Positions 1 through 6,804 of a stretch of DNA of 62,923 nt are shown here, piece by piece. Source of the DNA: a virus (lineage: Duplodnaviria; Caudoviricetes); the IMG/VR virus record IMGVR_UViG_3300044626_001587, positions 1 to 62,923 of that record. The stretch is one strand, 5' to 3'. The notes beneath the pieces were generated by a model that saw nothing but the letters and a program-made list of their open reading frames with translations, was not told the origin of the DNA and made no database searches. Every line of letters starts with the position of its first letter. Positions within the stretch are counted from its first letter, which is position 1. A program made the position numbers and the translations under genes.

Positions 1-85
1 GCAGATTCTTAAGAAGAGCTTCAATTTGTTTAAGATTGGGTTTTGCTTCAAGCAACAAGGACAAATAGTGTTTGAAAGAGATCAT
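1..85 (-). CDS. 5' part of a late gene (runs off the window), putative internal head protein
   Basis: ATG at 85 reads MISFKHYLSLLLEAKPNLKQIEALLKNL, open to the edge; TATAAATA upstream; leader resembles the T4 capsid-targeting sequence. Confidence 0.6.
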   Translation of the reverse strand, partial: MISFKHYLSLLLEAKPNLKQIEALLKNL

Positions 86-116
86 TAATGATGGACCAGT
101 TTGAGTTAATACAATG

Positions 117-124
117 TATTTATA
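117..124 (-). promoter_or_regulatory. T4-type late promoter
   Basis: TATAAATA on the minus strand, 31 nt upstream of the ATG at 85. Confidence 0.7.
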
Positions 125-147
125 CAGCACTAAAATTTTTTTTCTAG

Positions 148-246
148 TCCAGTTAAGACACCATAGACGGTTTTTGATATAGTACAAAAATTTTTCAAAA
201 TTTTTTTTGGCATCCAGTTAAGACACAGGGGGCGGTTTTTGATATA
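148..246. repeat. two copies of TCCAGTTAAGACAC-N6-CGGTTTTTGATATA
   Basis: copies at 148-181 and 213-246. Confidence 0.85.
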
Positions 247-261
247 TCAAAGCCGGGTACT

Positions 262-396
262 CAAAAATGGTAGCCAAAATCAAATGGGAAGCCAAAAATG
301 GTAGCCGGGTGGTCAAAAATGGTAGCCAAAATCAAATGGGAAGCCAAAAATGGTAGCCAAAATCAAATGGGAAGCCAAAAATGGTAGCCGGGTGGT
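262..396. repeat. iteron-like array, 5 x CAAAAATGGTAGCC
   Basis: copies at 262, 293, 314, 345, 376; linkers AAAATCAAATGGGAAGC (x3) or GGGTGGT (x2). Confidence 0.9.
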
Positions 397-469
397 CCAT
401 CGCATATGATTCACATATTTTCTAAAAAAACCTAGTTCCAACCGGGGGTTAGCCTGAGGCATATTGGTG

Positions 470-498
470 TTGACTTCCAGCCGAGGCTATGGTATATT
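470..498 (+). promoter_or_regulatory. sigma70-type early promoter
   Basis: TTGACT-17nt-TATATT with extended -10 TG. Confidence 0.8.
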
Positions 499-522
499 GG
501 TTCTGTTGGTAAGGAGAGCTGC

Positions 523-615
523 ATGAGAGTTGACTTGGTACGGCTTGGTTTACTGTTATTCGTATTCTTCCTAATTATCCAACTTGGCCTTCTTGTCCAT
601 GTTTCGACAAATTAG
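523..615 (+). CDS. 30-aa membrane peptide
   Basis: AAGGAG RBS; MRVDLVRLGLLLFVFFLIIQLGLLVHVSTN; lies between a promoter and a hairpin. Confidence 0.65.
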   Translation: MRVDLVRLGLLLFVFFLIIQLGLLVHVSTN

Positions 616-622
616 GATATAA

Positions 623-710
623 GAGGAGGGCCTAGGCCCTCCTCCCCCTTTATGGGGGCCCTGTGGTCCGGAAAAAAGTCGTTGACTTTTGGATTGGAAT
701 ATAGGACCCT
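623..710 (+). repeat. cassette junction 1: palindrome + C5/G5 hairpin + early promoter
   Basis: GAGGAGGGCCTAGGCCCTCCTC perfect palindrome; CCCCCTTTATGGGGG; TTGACT(682)-17-GACCCT; 635-706 is identical to 912-983. Confidence 0.9.
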
Positions 711-736
711 ATACCAGTTGCACAAAGGAGTAGCGT

Positions 737-874
737 ATGGAAAACGAAACGCTTTCGCTCGGTAGGCTTGCTAAGGCTGTTGGACTCGCGACGGTGCTAA
801 TCATGATTTATATGGCATCTGTGATAACAATGGCTGCGTTTGCGATGCTGTTTTGGGAAGCTTTGACGTTGTAA
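737..874 (+). CDS. 45-aa membrane peptide
   Basis: AAGGAG RBS; MENETLSLGRLAKAVGLATVLIMIYMASVITMAAFAMLFWEALTL. Confidence 0.7.
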   Translation: MENETLSLGRLAKAVGLATVLIMIYMASVITMAAFAMLFWEALTL

Positions 875-895
875 TGCATACAACAGTTATTCCAA

Positions 896-987
896 GGGAG
901 GAGGGCTCACGGGCCCTCCTCCCCCTTTATGGGGGCCCTGTGGTCCGGAAAAAAGTCGTTGACTTTTGGATTGGAATATAGGATGCT
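896..987 (+). repeat. cassette junction 2
   Basis: GGAGGAGGGCTC-AC-GGGCCCTCCTCC hairpin, same conserved block, TTGACT(959)-17-GATGCT. Confidence 0.9.
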
Positions 988-1013
988 CTAGAAGTTGCAG
1001 AGAGGAGCAGTCG

Positions 1014-1166
1014 ATGCAAACAGAAGAAACGGTGTTCGAGCTCACTAAAAAAGAGCAAGAAGATCAACGGGTTATGCGGCTTGCAAAAATCTTCGTTAAA
1101 ATGTACAACAAAAACAAGCTTGACGAAGAGGATCTGAAATTTATCGAAGATTACAAGAGGAGGTGA
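1014..1166 (+). CDS. 50-aa hypothetical early protein
   Basis: GAGGAG RBS before MQTEETVF; stop codon lies inside the next palindrome. Confidence 0.75.
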   Translation: MQTEETVFELTKKEQEDQRVMRLAKIFVKMYNKNKLDEEDLKFIEDYKRR

Positions 1167-1249
1167 CCAATTGGTCACCTCCTCCCCTTTTATGGGGGCC
1201 TATGGCCACGAAAAAAGTTGTTGACTTTTGGAGTGAGGTATAGGATCCT
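1157..1249 (+). repeat. cassette junction 3
   Basis: 28-bp perfect palindrome GAGGAGGTGACCAATTGGTCACCTCCTC; CCCCTTTTATGGGGG; TTGACT(1221)-17-GATCCT. Confidence 0.9.
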
Positions 1250-1274
1250 AGTTTTGTTGAGTAGGAGAACCTGA

Positions 1275-1469
1275 ATGACAAAACGGCAAGCTACCTCTAT
1301 GATCCGTCGGATCAAAAACAATGGAGGTGAAGCTAGGTTGTATGAGGGGTACTCTGGAAGGTTCATGTTCGGCGAACGGACATTCGGCGTTGTGACTTCT
1401 AGATGGTATCTTCCAAAAAAGATCAAATACAGGATCGACAATCTGGGTTTCGACTATATCGTATACTGA
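1275..1469 (+). CDS. 64-aa phage protein of the YSGRxMxG...DxLG..IVY type
   Basis: AGGAG RBS; motif recalled from small phage proteins of unknown function. Confidence 0.8.
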   Translation: MTKRQATSMIRRIKNNGGEARLYEGYSGRFMFGERTFGVVTSRWYLPKKIKYRIDNLGFDYIVY

Positions 1470-1475
1470 CCAAAA

Positions 1476-1564
1476 AAGGAGGGCCTAGGCCCTCCTTCCC
1501 TTTTATGGGGGCCCTGTGGTTCGGAAAAAAAGTTGTTGACTTTTGCTCTGAGATATAGGATCCT
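1476..1564 (+). repeat. cassette junction 4
   Basis: AAGGAGGGCCTAGGCCCTCCTT palindrome; CCCTTTTATGGGGG; TTGACT(1536)-17-GATCCT. Confidence 0.9.
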
Positions 1565-1570
1565 CTAGAA

Positions 1571-1609
1571 GTTGGTTGGGAATGGTTTCAACCAACGGTT
1601 CTTTGACAA
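1571..1609 (+). promoter_or_regulatory. boxB-like hairpin followed by boxA-like element
   Basis: GTTGGTTG...CAACCAAC stem, then GTTCTTTGACAA (rrn boxA-like), just after the predicted +1. Confidence 0.5.
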
Positions 1610-1619
1610 GGTGGTATCT

Positions 1620-1946
1620 ATGACCAATTCAGTCTCTGCTGAATCCCAGTCCGTTGAAGCTATGGATTCGTACAAGGTTCGCCAAGTTCGACTCCGTAAC
1701 AATCGTGGGATTATGCATGCTGCGTATGTCAAAGGTCGTCGTGGTGCTGTGACTCGGGCTCGTACCGAGGATGAGCTTCACCGGAAGATGCTGGGTTTCT
1801 TCGAAACCGGAGTCGTTGACAAGACGAAACAATCTTCCGAAGCAGCTAGCGATCAGGTGTTCGATGATCAATTCCCAGAGGAATTTGGGGTTGACATTGA
1901 ACGGGAAATCGCTATCGAGTTCTCTGACGAACTCGAAACGCTGTGA
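1620..1946 (+). CDS. 108-aa hypothetical early protein (basic core, acidic C-terminus)
   Basis: AAGGTGG RBS before MTNSVSAES. Confidence 0.8.
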   Translation: MTNSVSAESQSVEAMDSYKVRQVRLRNNRGIMHAAYVKGRRGAVTRARTEDELHRKMLGFFETGVVDKTKQSSEAASDQVFDDQFPEEFGVDIEREIAIEFSDELETL

Positions 1947-1954
1947 CGAAAAAA

Positions 1955-2000
1955 AAAGGGGGGCTAGCGAAAGCTAGCCCCCTTTCCCTTTATTGGGGGG
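1955..2000 (+). terminator. GAAA-loop hairpin plus degenerate C/G hairpin (cassette junction 5, no clear promoter)
   Basis: GGGGGCTAGC-GAAA-GCTAGCCCCC then CCCTTTATTGGGGG. Confidence 0.7.
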
Positions 2001-2036
2001 ATAGCAATCCCTCCGTGACCAAAAGGGGTTTTGACT

Positions 2037-2204
2037 ATGATTATGTCGGACCAGGAGTACAAGGCTGCGATTCATGAGTTTCATCAACTGGGCGGCCTTG
2101 AATTGAACGAACCGGACTGCCCGGAGCTCAAGGCGAGATACAATTTGCTCATTGACCAAATCGATGAGTACGAAATTTACCTCGACACGCTCTATCAGCC
2201 GTGA
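2037..2204 (+). CDS. 55-aa protein resembling the HigA antitoxin N-terminal domain
   Basis: MIMSDQEYKAAIHEFHQLGGLELNEPDCPELKARYNLLIDQIDEYEIYLDTLYQP; AAGGGG RBS; below the ORF-track cutoff. Confidence 0.7.
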   Translation: MIMSDQEYKAAIHEFHQLGGLELNEPDCPELKARYNLLIDQIDEYEIYLDTLYQP

Positions 2205-2208
2205 TCGG

Positions 2209-2246
2209 AAAAGTGGTGGGGGCCTAGGCTCCCACCACTTTTTTTT
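2209..2246 (+). terminator. intrinsic terminator
   Basis: AGTGGTGGGGGCCTAGGCTCCCACCACT hairpin + T-run; shares the GGCCTAGG centre with junctions 1 and 4. Confidence 0.8.
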
Positions 2247-2260
2247 ATCCAAAAAACCAG

Positions 2261-2289
2261 TTGACTTTTGGCACCAGCTACCGTACGAT
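2261..2289 (+). promoter_or_regulatory. early promoter
   Basis: TTGACT-17-TACGAT. Confidence 0.8.
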
Positions 2290-2315
2290 ATCGATACGGT
2301 AGAGAAAGGATCCAA

Positions 2316-2492
2316 ATGCGCCATACCGATTTCTATTCGTACCTCTCGGCAGTTCGCGAGGTCGATCGGCTGACCAAGATCCACAGTGGAGATCCGATCG
2401 ACAAAAAGATCTCTGAAAGGCTCGACCAGCTGATGGACGCGATCGACCGGTACGAAAACGAAACTGGAATCTACGGTCAACATATGGAATGA
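2316..2492 (+). CDS. 58-aa protein, likely paralog of 2037-2204 (HigA N-domain-like)
   Basis: AAAGGA RBS; MRHTDFYSYLSAVREVDRL...RLDQLMDAIDRYENE. Confidence 0.75.
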   Translation: MRHTDFYSYLSAVREVDRLTKIHSGDPIDKKISERLDQLMDAIDRYENETGIYGQHME

Positions 2493-2494
2493 CC

Positions 2495-2530
2495 AAAAAA
2501 AGCCCCGGGAATCCCGGGGCTTTCTTCTTT
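2495..2530. terminator. bidirectional terminator between converging early blocks
   Basis: A-run GCCCCGGGA-A-TCCCGGGGC T-rich. Confidence 0.8.
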
Positions 2531-2564
2531 CCAGCTAGGGTCCTCATGAGGTGATCAATGAAAA

Positions 2565-2640
2565 CCCTACCAGGATCAACACAACTGATACCAAATAAAG
2601 AGCCCTACCAGGGTCAACACAACTGATACCAAATAGAGAG
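2565..2640. repeat. 38-bp tandem duplication
   Basis: CCCTACCAGGRTCAACACAACTGATACCAAATARAGAG x2. Confidence 0.9.
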
Positions 2641-2713
2641 CGATACCAGCTGCACCCATCCAAATCAACCTTCCAAGAAGGTTCACCATTCGAAGAAATT
2701 TAGTCGAGCTCAT
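2576..2713 (-). CDS. 45-aa membrane peptide
   Basis: GAGGAG upstream; MSSTKFLRMVNLLGRLIWMGAAGIALYLVSVVLTLVGLFIWYQLC. Confidence 0.55.
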   Translation of the reverse strand: MSSTKFLRMVNLLGRLIWMGAAGIALYLVSVVLTLVGLFIWYQLC

Positions 2714-2828
2714 TGGGAACCCTGCTCCTCTTCTCAAAAGGCCTCTTCAACCGCGAAAAACCGACGGTGAAGACATCCAAAAAACGGAAGATCCGTTCTG
2801 TGGTTCTCATGGAGAAAAATCGTAGCAC
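2700..2828 (-). CDS. 42-aa hypothetical
   Basis: GGAGGT RBS + GTG; fills the gap between neighbours. Confidence 0.35.
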   Translation of the reverse strand: MLRFFSMRTTERIFRFLDVFTVGFSRLKRPFEKRSRVPNELD

Positions 2829-2846
2829 GTCCAAGCACCTCCAAAT

Positions 2847-3050
2847 TCAAACAACTGGCGGTACGGGATGGCTGATTTGACTCCGGAGAGCTTCAACCAC
2901 CTTTTCAAGCGAGCTGTTCGGAATGTACATCTGACCAACCAGAAGAGACTCCCTCCGCTGATCGACTCTCAGATGAGTCGGAGTCCTCGTGAGAACCAAC
3001 TCTTCCGGAATCCCCAGCTTGCGCTGGAGCGAAACTGTCACAACCCTCAC
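2847..3050 (-). CDS. 67-aa hypothetical
   Basis: GAGGAG + GTG downstream of the promoter at 3081-3109. Confidence 0.55.
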   Translation of the reverse strand: MRVVTVSLQRKLGIPEELVLTRTPTHLRVDQRRESLLVGQMYIPNSSLEKVVEALRSQISHPVPPVV

Positions 3051-3080
3051 TCCAATCTCCTCTTTTTCTCTCACAGTCCC

Positions 3081-3109
3081 AGTATCCCATACTCGGATCA
3101 GAAAGTCAA
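3081..3109 (-). promoter_or_regulatory. early promoter
   Basis: TTGACT-17-GATACT. Confidence 0.75.
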
Positions 3110-3371
3110 CGGGGAAAATATGGTCTCCAAATCGCGGATTCGTGCCACGATTGGTAACCAAATCTCGAGAGCGTTTGAAACAATCTGTCCCTAAACGGGA
3201 AAATATGGTCTAAGACTGTGAAAATCCAGCCAAAAAATGCTGAAACAACCAATTTGTTTCGTTTTCTGGCCAAAGGGGGAAACGTTATTACGGTTCTCCT
3301 CAGTCTGATTCGACACGAATCCCCCATAAAAAGGGCTCTCCAAGCAATTTCTTGCCTGGAGAGCTGATTTA

Positions 3372-3647
3372 CTACGTGTTTTTATCTTTGAAGTGCTGAT
3401 TAATCAACTCGAGCAAAGTGAAGATCGTATCCCAATATGCCTCATTGTCACCTTGACTAGTGTATTGCGCATGGAGCATAATCTCATCAGTCAACTCCGA
3501 AAGGTTTTGGGCTGTGAGATCTCGTCTCTCAAGCACCAAACCCTTTCCAGTGTACAAGACCTCAGAGATCATCTGAGGAAACATATCTTGGTACATATCT
3601 CTCATATACTCTGGGTTGAAATTACCCTTCAAACGAACTTGAGACAT
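3372..3647 (-). CDS. 91-aa hypothetical
   Basis: GAGGAG RBS; own promoter. Confidence 0.8.
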   Translation of the reverse strand: MSQVRLKGNFNPEYMRDMYQDMFPQMISEVLYTGKGLVLERRDLTAQNLSELTDEIMLHAQYTSQGDNEAYWDTIFTLLELINQHFKDKNT

Positions 3648-3670
3648 TGTTATCTCCTCTTCACCATCTG

Positions 3671-3699
3671 ACTATCCGATAGATCGATCCGAAAGTCAA
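3671..3699 (-). promoter_or_regulatory. early promoter
   Basis: TTGACT-17-GATAGT. Confidence 0.7.
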
Positions 3700-3709
3700 C
3701 AGCTTTTTT

Positions 3710-3898
3710 TTAGATCGCAACGTTTTCCAATTGCAGAACACGCTTGAGATCGTCAATAAAAGCGGTCTTATTCGGATACTCCTTAGGATCCAATTCATCT
3801 GGAATCCAAAGATCCATCGAAGCCAGCTTGTACCGGAATTTGAACGTAAACCGTTCATCATCCAGCAGTTTTTCAAGGTTCAAATGGCTAAGATCCAT
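3710..3898 (-). CDS. 62-aa hypothetical
   Basis: AAGGAGG RBS; own promoter. Confidence 0.75.
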   Translation of the reverse strand: MDLSHLNLEKLLDDERFTFKFRYKLASMDLWIPDELDPKEYPNKTAFIDDLKRVLQLENVAI

Positions 3899-3923
3899 AA
3901 TGCCTCCTTTTCTTCATTCTCTC

Positions 3924-3952
3924 AGAATACCATAGCTCGATTGGAATGTCAA
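3924..3952 (-). promoter_or_regulatory. early promoter
   Basis: TTGACA-17-TATTCT with extended TG. Confidence 0.8.
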
Positions 3953-4014
3953 CAGCTAATTTCCCGTGAGAATAGCGGAGTCTGAGAAATCTAAAACAAC
4001 CATAAAATCAGCTG

Positions 4015-4043
4015 TTTACTCGTCTAAAAAACTGCAGTACGAT
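4015..4043 (+). promoter_or_regulatory. possible promoter with no downstream ORF
   Basis: TTTACT-17-TACGAT followed by hairpins. Confidence 0.4.
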
Positions 4044-4382
4044 CATCTTTGGTTGAGGGAAATCTCAGCCAAACCTGTCTGAAATTTAAGGAAAAATAAT
4101 CAGATTTCCGACGGATAAAAAACCAAAATCAACTAAATAAACACGAAGAAAAATTGAAAATCTAAGAAAATAACAGTGTCAAAACTTCTTGTTTTTCCAC
4201 CTTTTTTTAGATCCAATATTTCTTCCTATTTTATACTACTAACAATATTGAATCAAGCTATTGAAAAAAAAGTCTCAGAAAACCAGAGTTTATATAGAAC
4301 GCCAACCATAGAATAAACTAACTCTAACCCACTGGAAACAGTGGGTTTTCTTTTTTTGGTTTACTGTAGTTGAGAGATAAAA

Positions 4383-4410
4383 AAAACGGAGCCGTTTCCA
4401 GCTCCGTTTT
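4383..4410 (-). terminator. terminator after the 162-aa gene
   Basis: AAAACGGAGC...GCTCCGTTTT. Confidence 0.7.
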
Positions 4411-4415
4411 CTGTT

Positions 4416-4904
4416 TTAGTTGGTTTGGTCTATTTGGTTTGCTACTCTTTCCAGTCTCTGATTTACATCATCGACTTGGCTGTCATCTGGTTTGGTTTTG
4501 ATCACTCCGTCAATGAATGCAAATTTTGCAAACAAGTTGACCAACGAAAAGAACCAAGCAGCTGACCAAAGCATCCAGCCTTCTAACAGCTGACCAAATG
4601 CCCAGACCATACCTTCGTGGATTAGAACAACTTCAAGGAGGAACAACCCTATTGCTAGACCAAAGATTGTAATCGATCTTGCTTTAGAGACTGTCCAGAG
4701 GTCAACCATCTTCTTCAGAGATTCAGATAGTAGACCGGTGAAGATCAACAACAAAAGGATCAATGCCCAGATTTGTTGTTGTTCAACACCACGCTGTTCT
4801 AGTCCTTTGTACGAGAACACAACAGCCATCACGGGGATGATGTGTGGTCCAACTTCTGTGATGAAATTGGTCACTGTGTTCATCGACTTCTGTATTGAAC
4901 TCAT
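4416..4904 (-). CDS. multi-pass membrane protein
   Basis: about four hydrophobic segments; GAGGAG RBS. Confidence 0.8.
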   Translation of the reverse strand: MSSIQKSMNTVTNFITEVGPHIIPVMAVVFSYKGLEQRGVEQQQIWALILLLLIFTGLLSESLKKMVDLWTVSKARSITIFGLAIGLFLLEVVLIHEGMVWAFGQLLEGWMLWSAAWFFSLVNLFAKFAFIDGVIKTKPDDSQVDDVNQRLERVANQIDQTN

Positions 4905-4937
4905 CGAGTTGCTCCTCTGAAGCCAAGTTAGTGATTG

Positions 4938-5096
4938 TTATTGGCTAACAGCCTTTTCACCTAGCTTCTGAGAATTGACTTGTTCAAACAGAAGATTAAT
5001 CCGCTCGATCAGTTGGTTGGACTTTTGAAGATTCTGTTGGAGCTTCAAAAGGTTTTGTTCCATCTGTTCGAGCTGCTGGTTTACGGAAGGTTTCAA
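4938..5096 (-). CDS. 52-aa coiled-coil peptide
   Basis: AAGGAG + TTG; MKPSVNQQLEQMEQNLLKLQQNLQKSNQLIERINLLFEQ... Confidence 0.6.
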   Translation of the reverse strand: MKPSVNQQLEQMEQNLLKLQQNLQKSNQLIERINLLFEQVNSQKLGEKAVSQ

Positions 5097-5122
5097 ATCG
5101 GTCTCCTTTTTCCAGGATTGTC

Positions 5123-5151
5123 AGTATCCTGGATCTCGAACCGAAAGTCAA
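5123..5151 (-). promoter_or_regulatory. early promoter
   Basis: TTGACT-17-GATACT. Confidence 0.75.
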
Positions 5152-5159
5152 CAGGTTTT

Positions 5160-6197
5160 TTACCCGAGGAGCCATTTTGGGTTTTTTAGATACCAATCAG
5201 TGATCTCCTTGATTTTAGAAGAGACTGAGGCTTTTGGTTGCCACCCAAGCTCTCTCAAAAGAGATCCATCAAGTCCATACCTCAAATCGTGCCCAGGCCG
5301 TTGTGAATGGAAATCAACCATTTCATACTTCAATGGTAAACCTATTGAATCTGCAATCATGTTCGCTAGATCTAAATTGGATGTTTCTTCTGCACCAACT
5401 AAATTGTAAATTGGAAGACTGACTCCATCTGTGTTTTGTGTCTGAAGGTTTGGTCCTAAATGCTCAATGAACATACAAGCGTCGGAAATACAATCTTGAG
5501 AGATGTAAAACCTTGATCCTGAAACCTTTTTGTCTGGAGAACTGTGAATCTCAACCACCTCGCCTTTCAAAACTTTTTGAATCACTTTTGGAATGAACTT
5601 TTCTGGATGCTGCCTCACACCAAAACAATTCATTGTCCTCGTGATCAATAACGGCAATTTGTACGTGTTGTGATACGCAAAACAAAATTGCTCACCAGCT
5701 GCTTTTGAAGCTGCATACGGATTCAATGGATTCTGCCTACTGTACTCACCATACAACAATTGACCAGGCGCAGGACCAAATACCTCATCTGTTGAGAAAT
5801 ACAAAAACATCTCAAGATCGGAAAGCTCCCTCGAATACTCAAGCAAATTGCAAGTCCCAACCGTGTTGTCCTGAAGAAATTCTAATGGATACAAAATCGA
5901 TCGGTCAACATGCGATTGAGCAGCCAAATGATAAATGATTTGAATGGGACCAATCTGCTCTCGCAATTGCTTTGAAATTGGAGCCTTCAAATCATGATAG
6001 ATGAACTTTACCCTCGATTTCCAATCAATACCAAGCTCCTGAAGCTCACTAAATACCTCACTCAATCGATTCAAATTGCCAGAATGATCCAACCTGTCAA
6101 TCAATACCAAATTGTGGTCTCGATGGAGCAACAAATTCTGAACCAATTTGTGCCCAATGAAACCACTACCACCCGTCACTAAAACATTTTTTGCCAT
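5160..6197 (-). CDS. rmlB: dTDP-glucose 4,6-dehydratase-like NAD-dependent SDR
   Basis: TGGSGFIG, HLAAQSHVDRS, STDEVFG, YAASK, RPGHDLRY motifs. Confidence 0.9.
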   Translation of the reverse strand: MAKNVLVTGGSGFIGHKLVQNLLLHRDHNLVLIDRLDHSGNLNRLSEVFSELQELGIDWKSRVKFIYHDLKAPISKQLREQIGPIQIIYHLAAQSHVDRSILYPLEFLQDNTVGTCNLLEYSRELSDLEMFLYFSTDEVFGPAPGQLLYGEYSRQNPLNPYAASKAAGEQFCFAYHNTYKLPLLITRTMNCFGVRQHPEKFIPKVIQKVLKGEVVEIHSSPDKKVSGSRFYISQDCISDACMFIEHLGPNLQTQNTDGVSLPIYNLVGAEETSNLDLANMIADSIGLPLKYEMVDFHSQRPGHDLRYGLDGSLLRELGWQPKASVSSKIKEITDWYLKNPKWLLG

Positions 6198-6262
6198 CAG
6201 AAAATCCTAAAAAAAAAGGACCCAACCAGAAAACTGATTGGGTCCAAAAAAATTACCAATCT

Positions 6263-6700
6263 TTATGGAGTCGAAATCTCAATCTTTTTTGGCTTCCTCG
6301 ATTCTGGAATGATTTGTTCCAACCAAATCTTGAGCAAACCATTGAAATATTCAGCTCCCTTGACCTCAACATTGTCGGCGAGCTTGAATTGCCTCTTGAA
6401 ACTACGATCGGCAATCCCTTTGTACAACCAATCAAAATTGGACCTGTCTTGCTCAACCTTGGAACTAACAACTAAACGATCATCCAACAATTCAATCTCG
6501 ATCTCATTGGTACCAAAACCAGCCAATGCAACCTCAATCAAATACTTGTTGTCAGATACCTTCTTGATATTAAATGGAGGATAATTGGAACTTAATTCCT
6601 CCATCCCATCCCGAAACTTGGCCATCTTGTCAAAAAAATGGTCAAAACCAACCAAAAAACGATCATAATCCTTGAACTGATGCTTGTGCTCTAATTGCAT
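6263..6700 (-). CDS. hsp20: small heat shock protein (Hsp20/IbpA-like)
   Basis: NYPPFNI, EVALAGF, LYKGIADRSFKRQFKLA, NGLLKI, IEI tail; AAGGAG RBS before ATG 6700. Confidence 0.95.
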   Translation of the reverse strand: MQLEHKHQFKDYDRFLVGFDHFFDKMAKFRDGMEELSSNYPPFNIKKVSDNKYLIEVALAGFGTNEIEIELLDDRLVVSSKVEQDRSNFDWLYKGIADRSFKRQFKLADNVEVKGAEYFNGLLKIWLEQIIPESRKPKKIEISTP

Positions 6701-6733
6701 CTCTATACTCCTTTTTATAAGACTAAAAAAAGA

Positions 6734-6804
6734 GTCCAGCAACCAATATCAAAATGGCCAATAAAGCACCACTGATACTAGTTACTGGACCAATAGTATT
6801 TATA
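6734..6804 (-). promoter_or_regulatory. late promoter plus long 5'-UTR hairpin of hsp20
   Basis: TATAAATA 6797-6804; 18-bp stem with G-U pairs at 6734-6790. Confidence 0.65.

Noticed and set aside
262-396. Possible CRISPR array
   Set aside because: Repeat is only 14 bp and the linkers are themselves repeated, not unique spacers; no cas operon
623-1564. Possible CRISPR array or true integron
   Set aside because: Spacers are 190-230-bp genes with their own promoters; no attC R-box pattern recognised and no integrase in the window
927-3327. Overlapping track ORFs such as 927-1178, 1190-1441, 1974-2483, 2868-3194, 3106-3327
   Set aside because: Antisense or off-frame to genes that have an RBS and promoter; some run through the junction repeats
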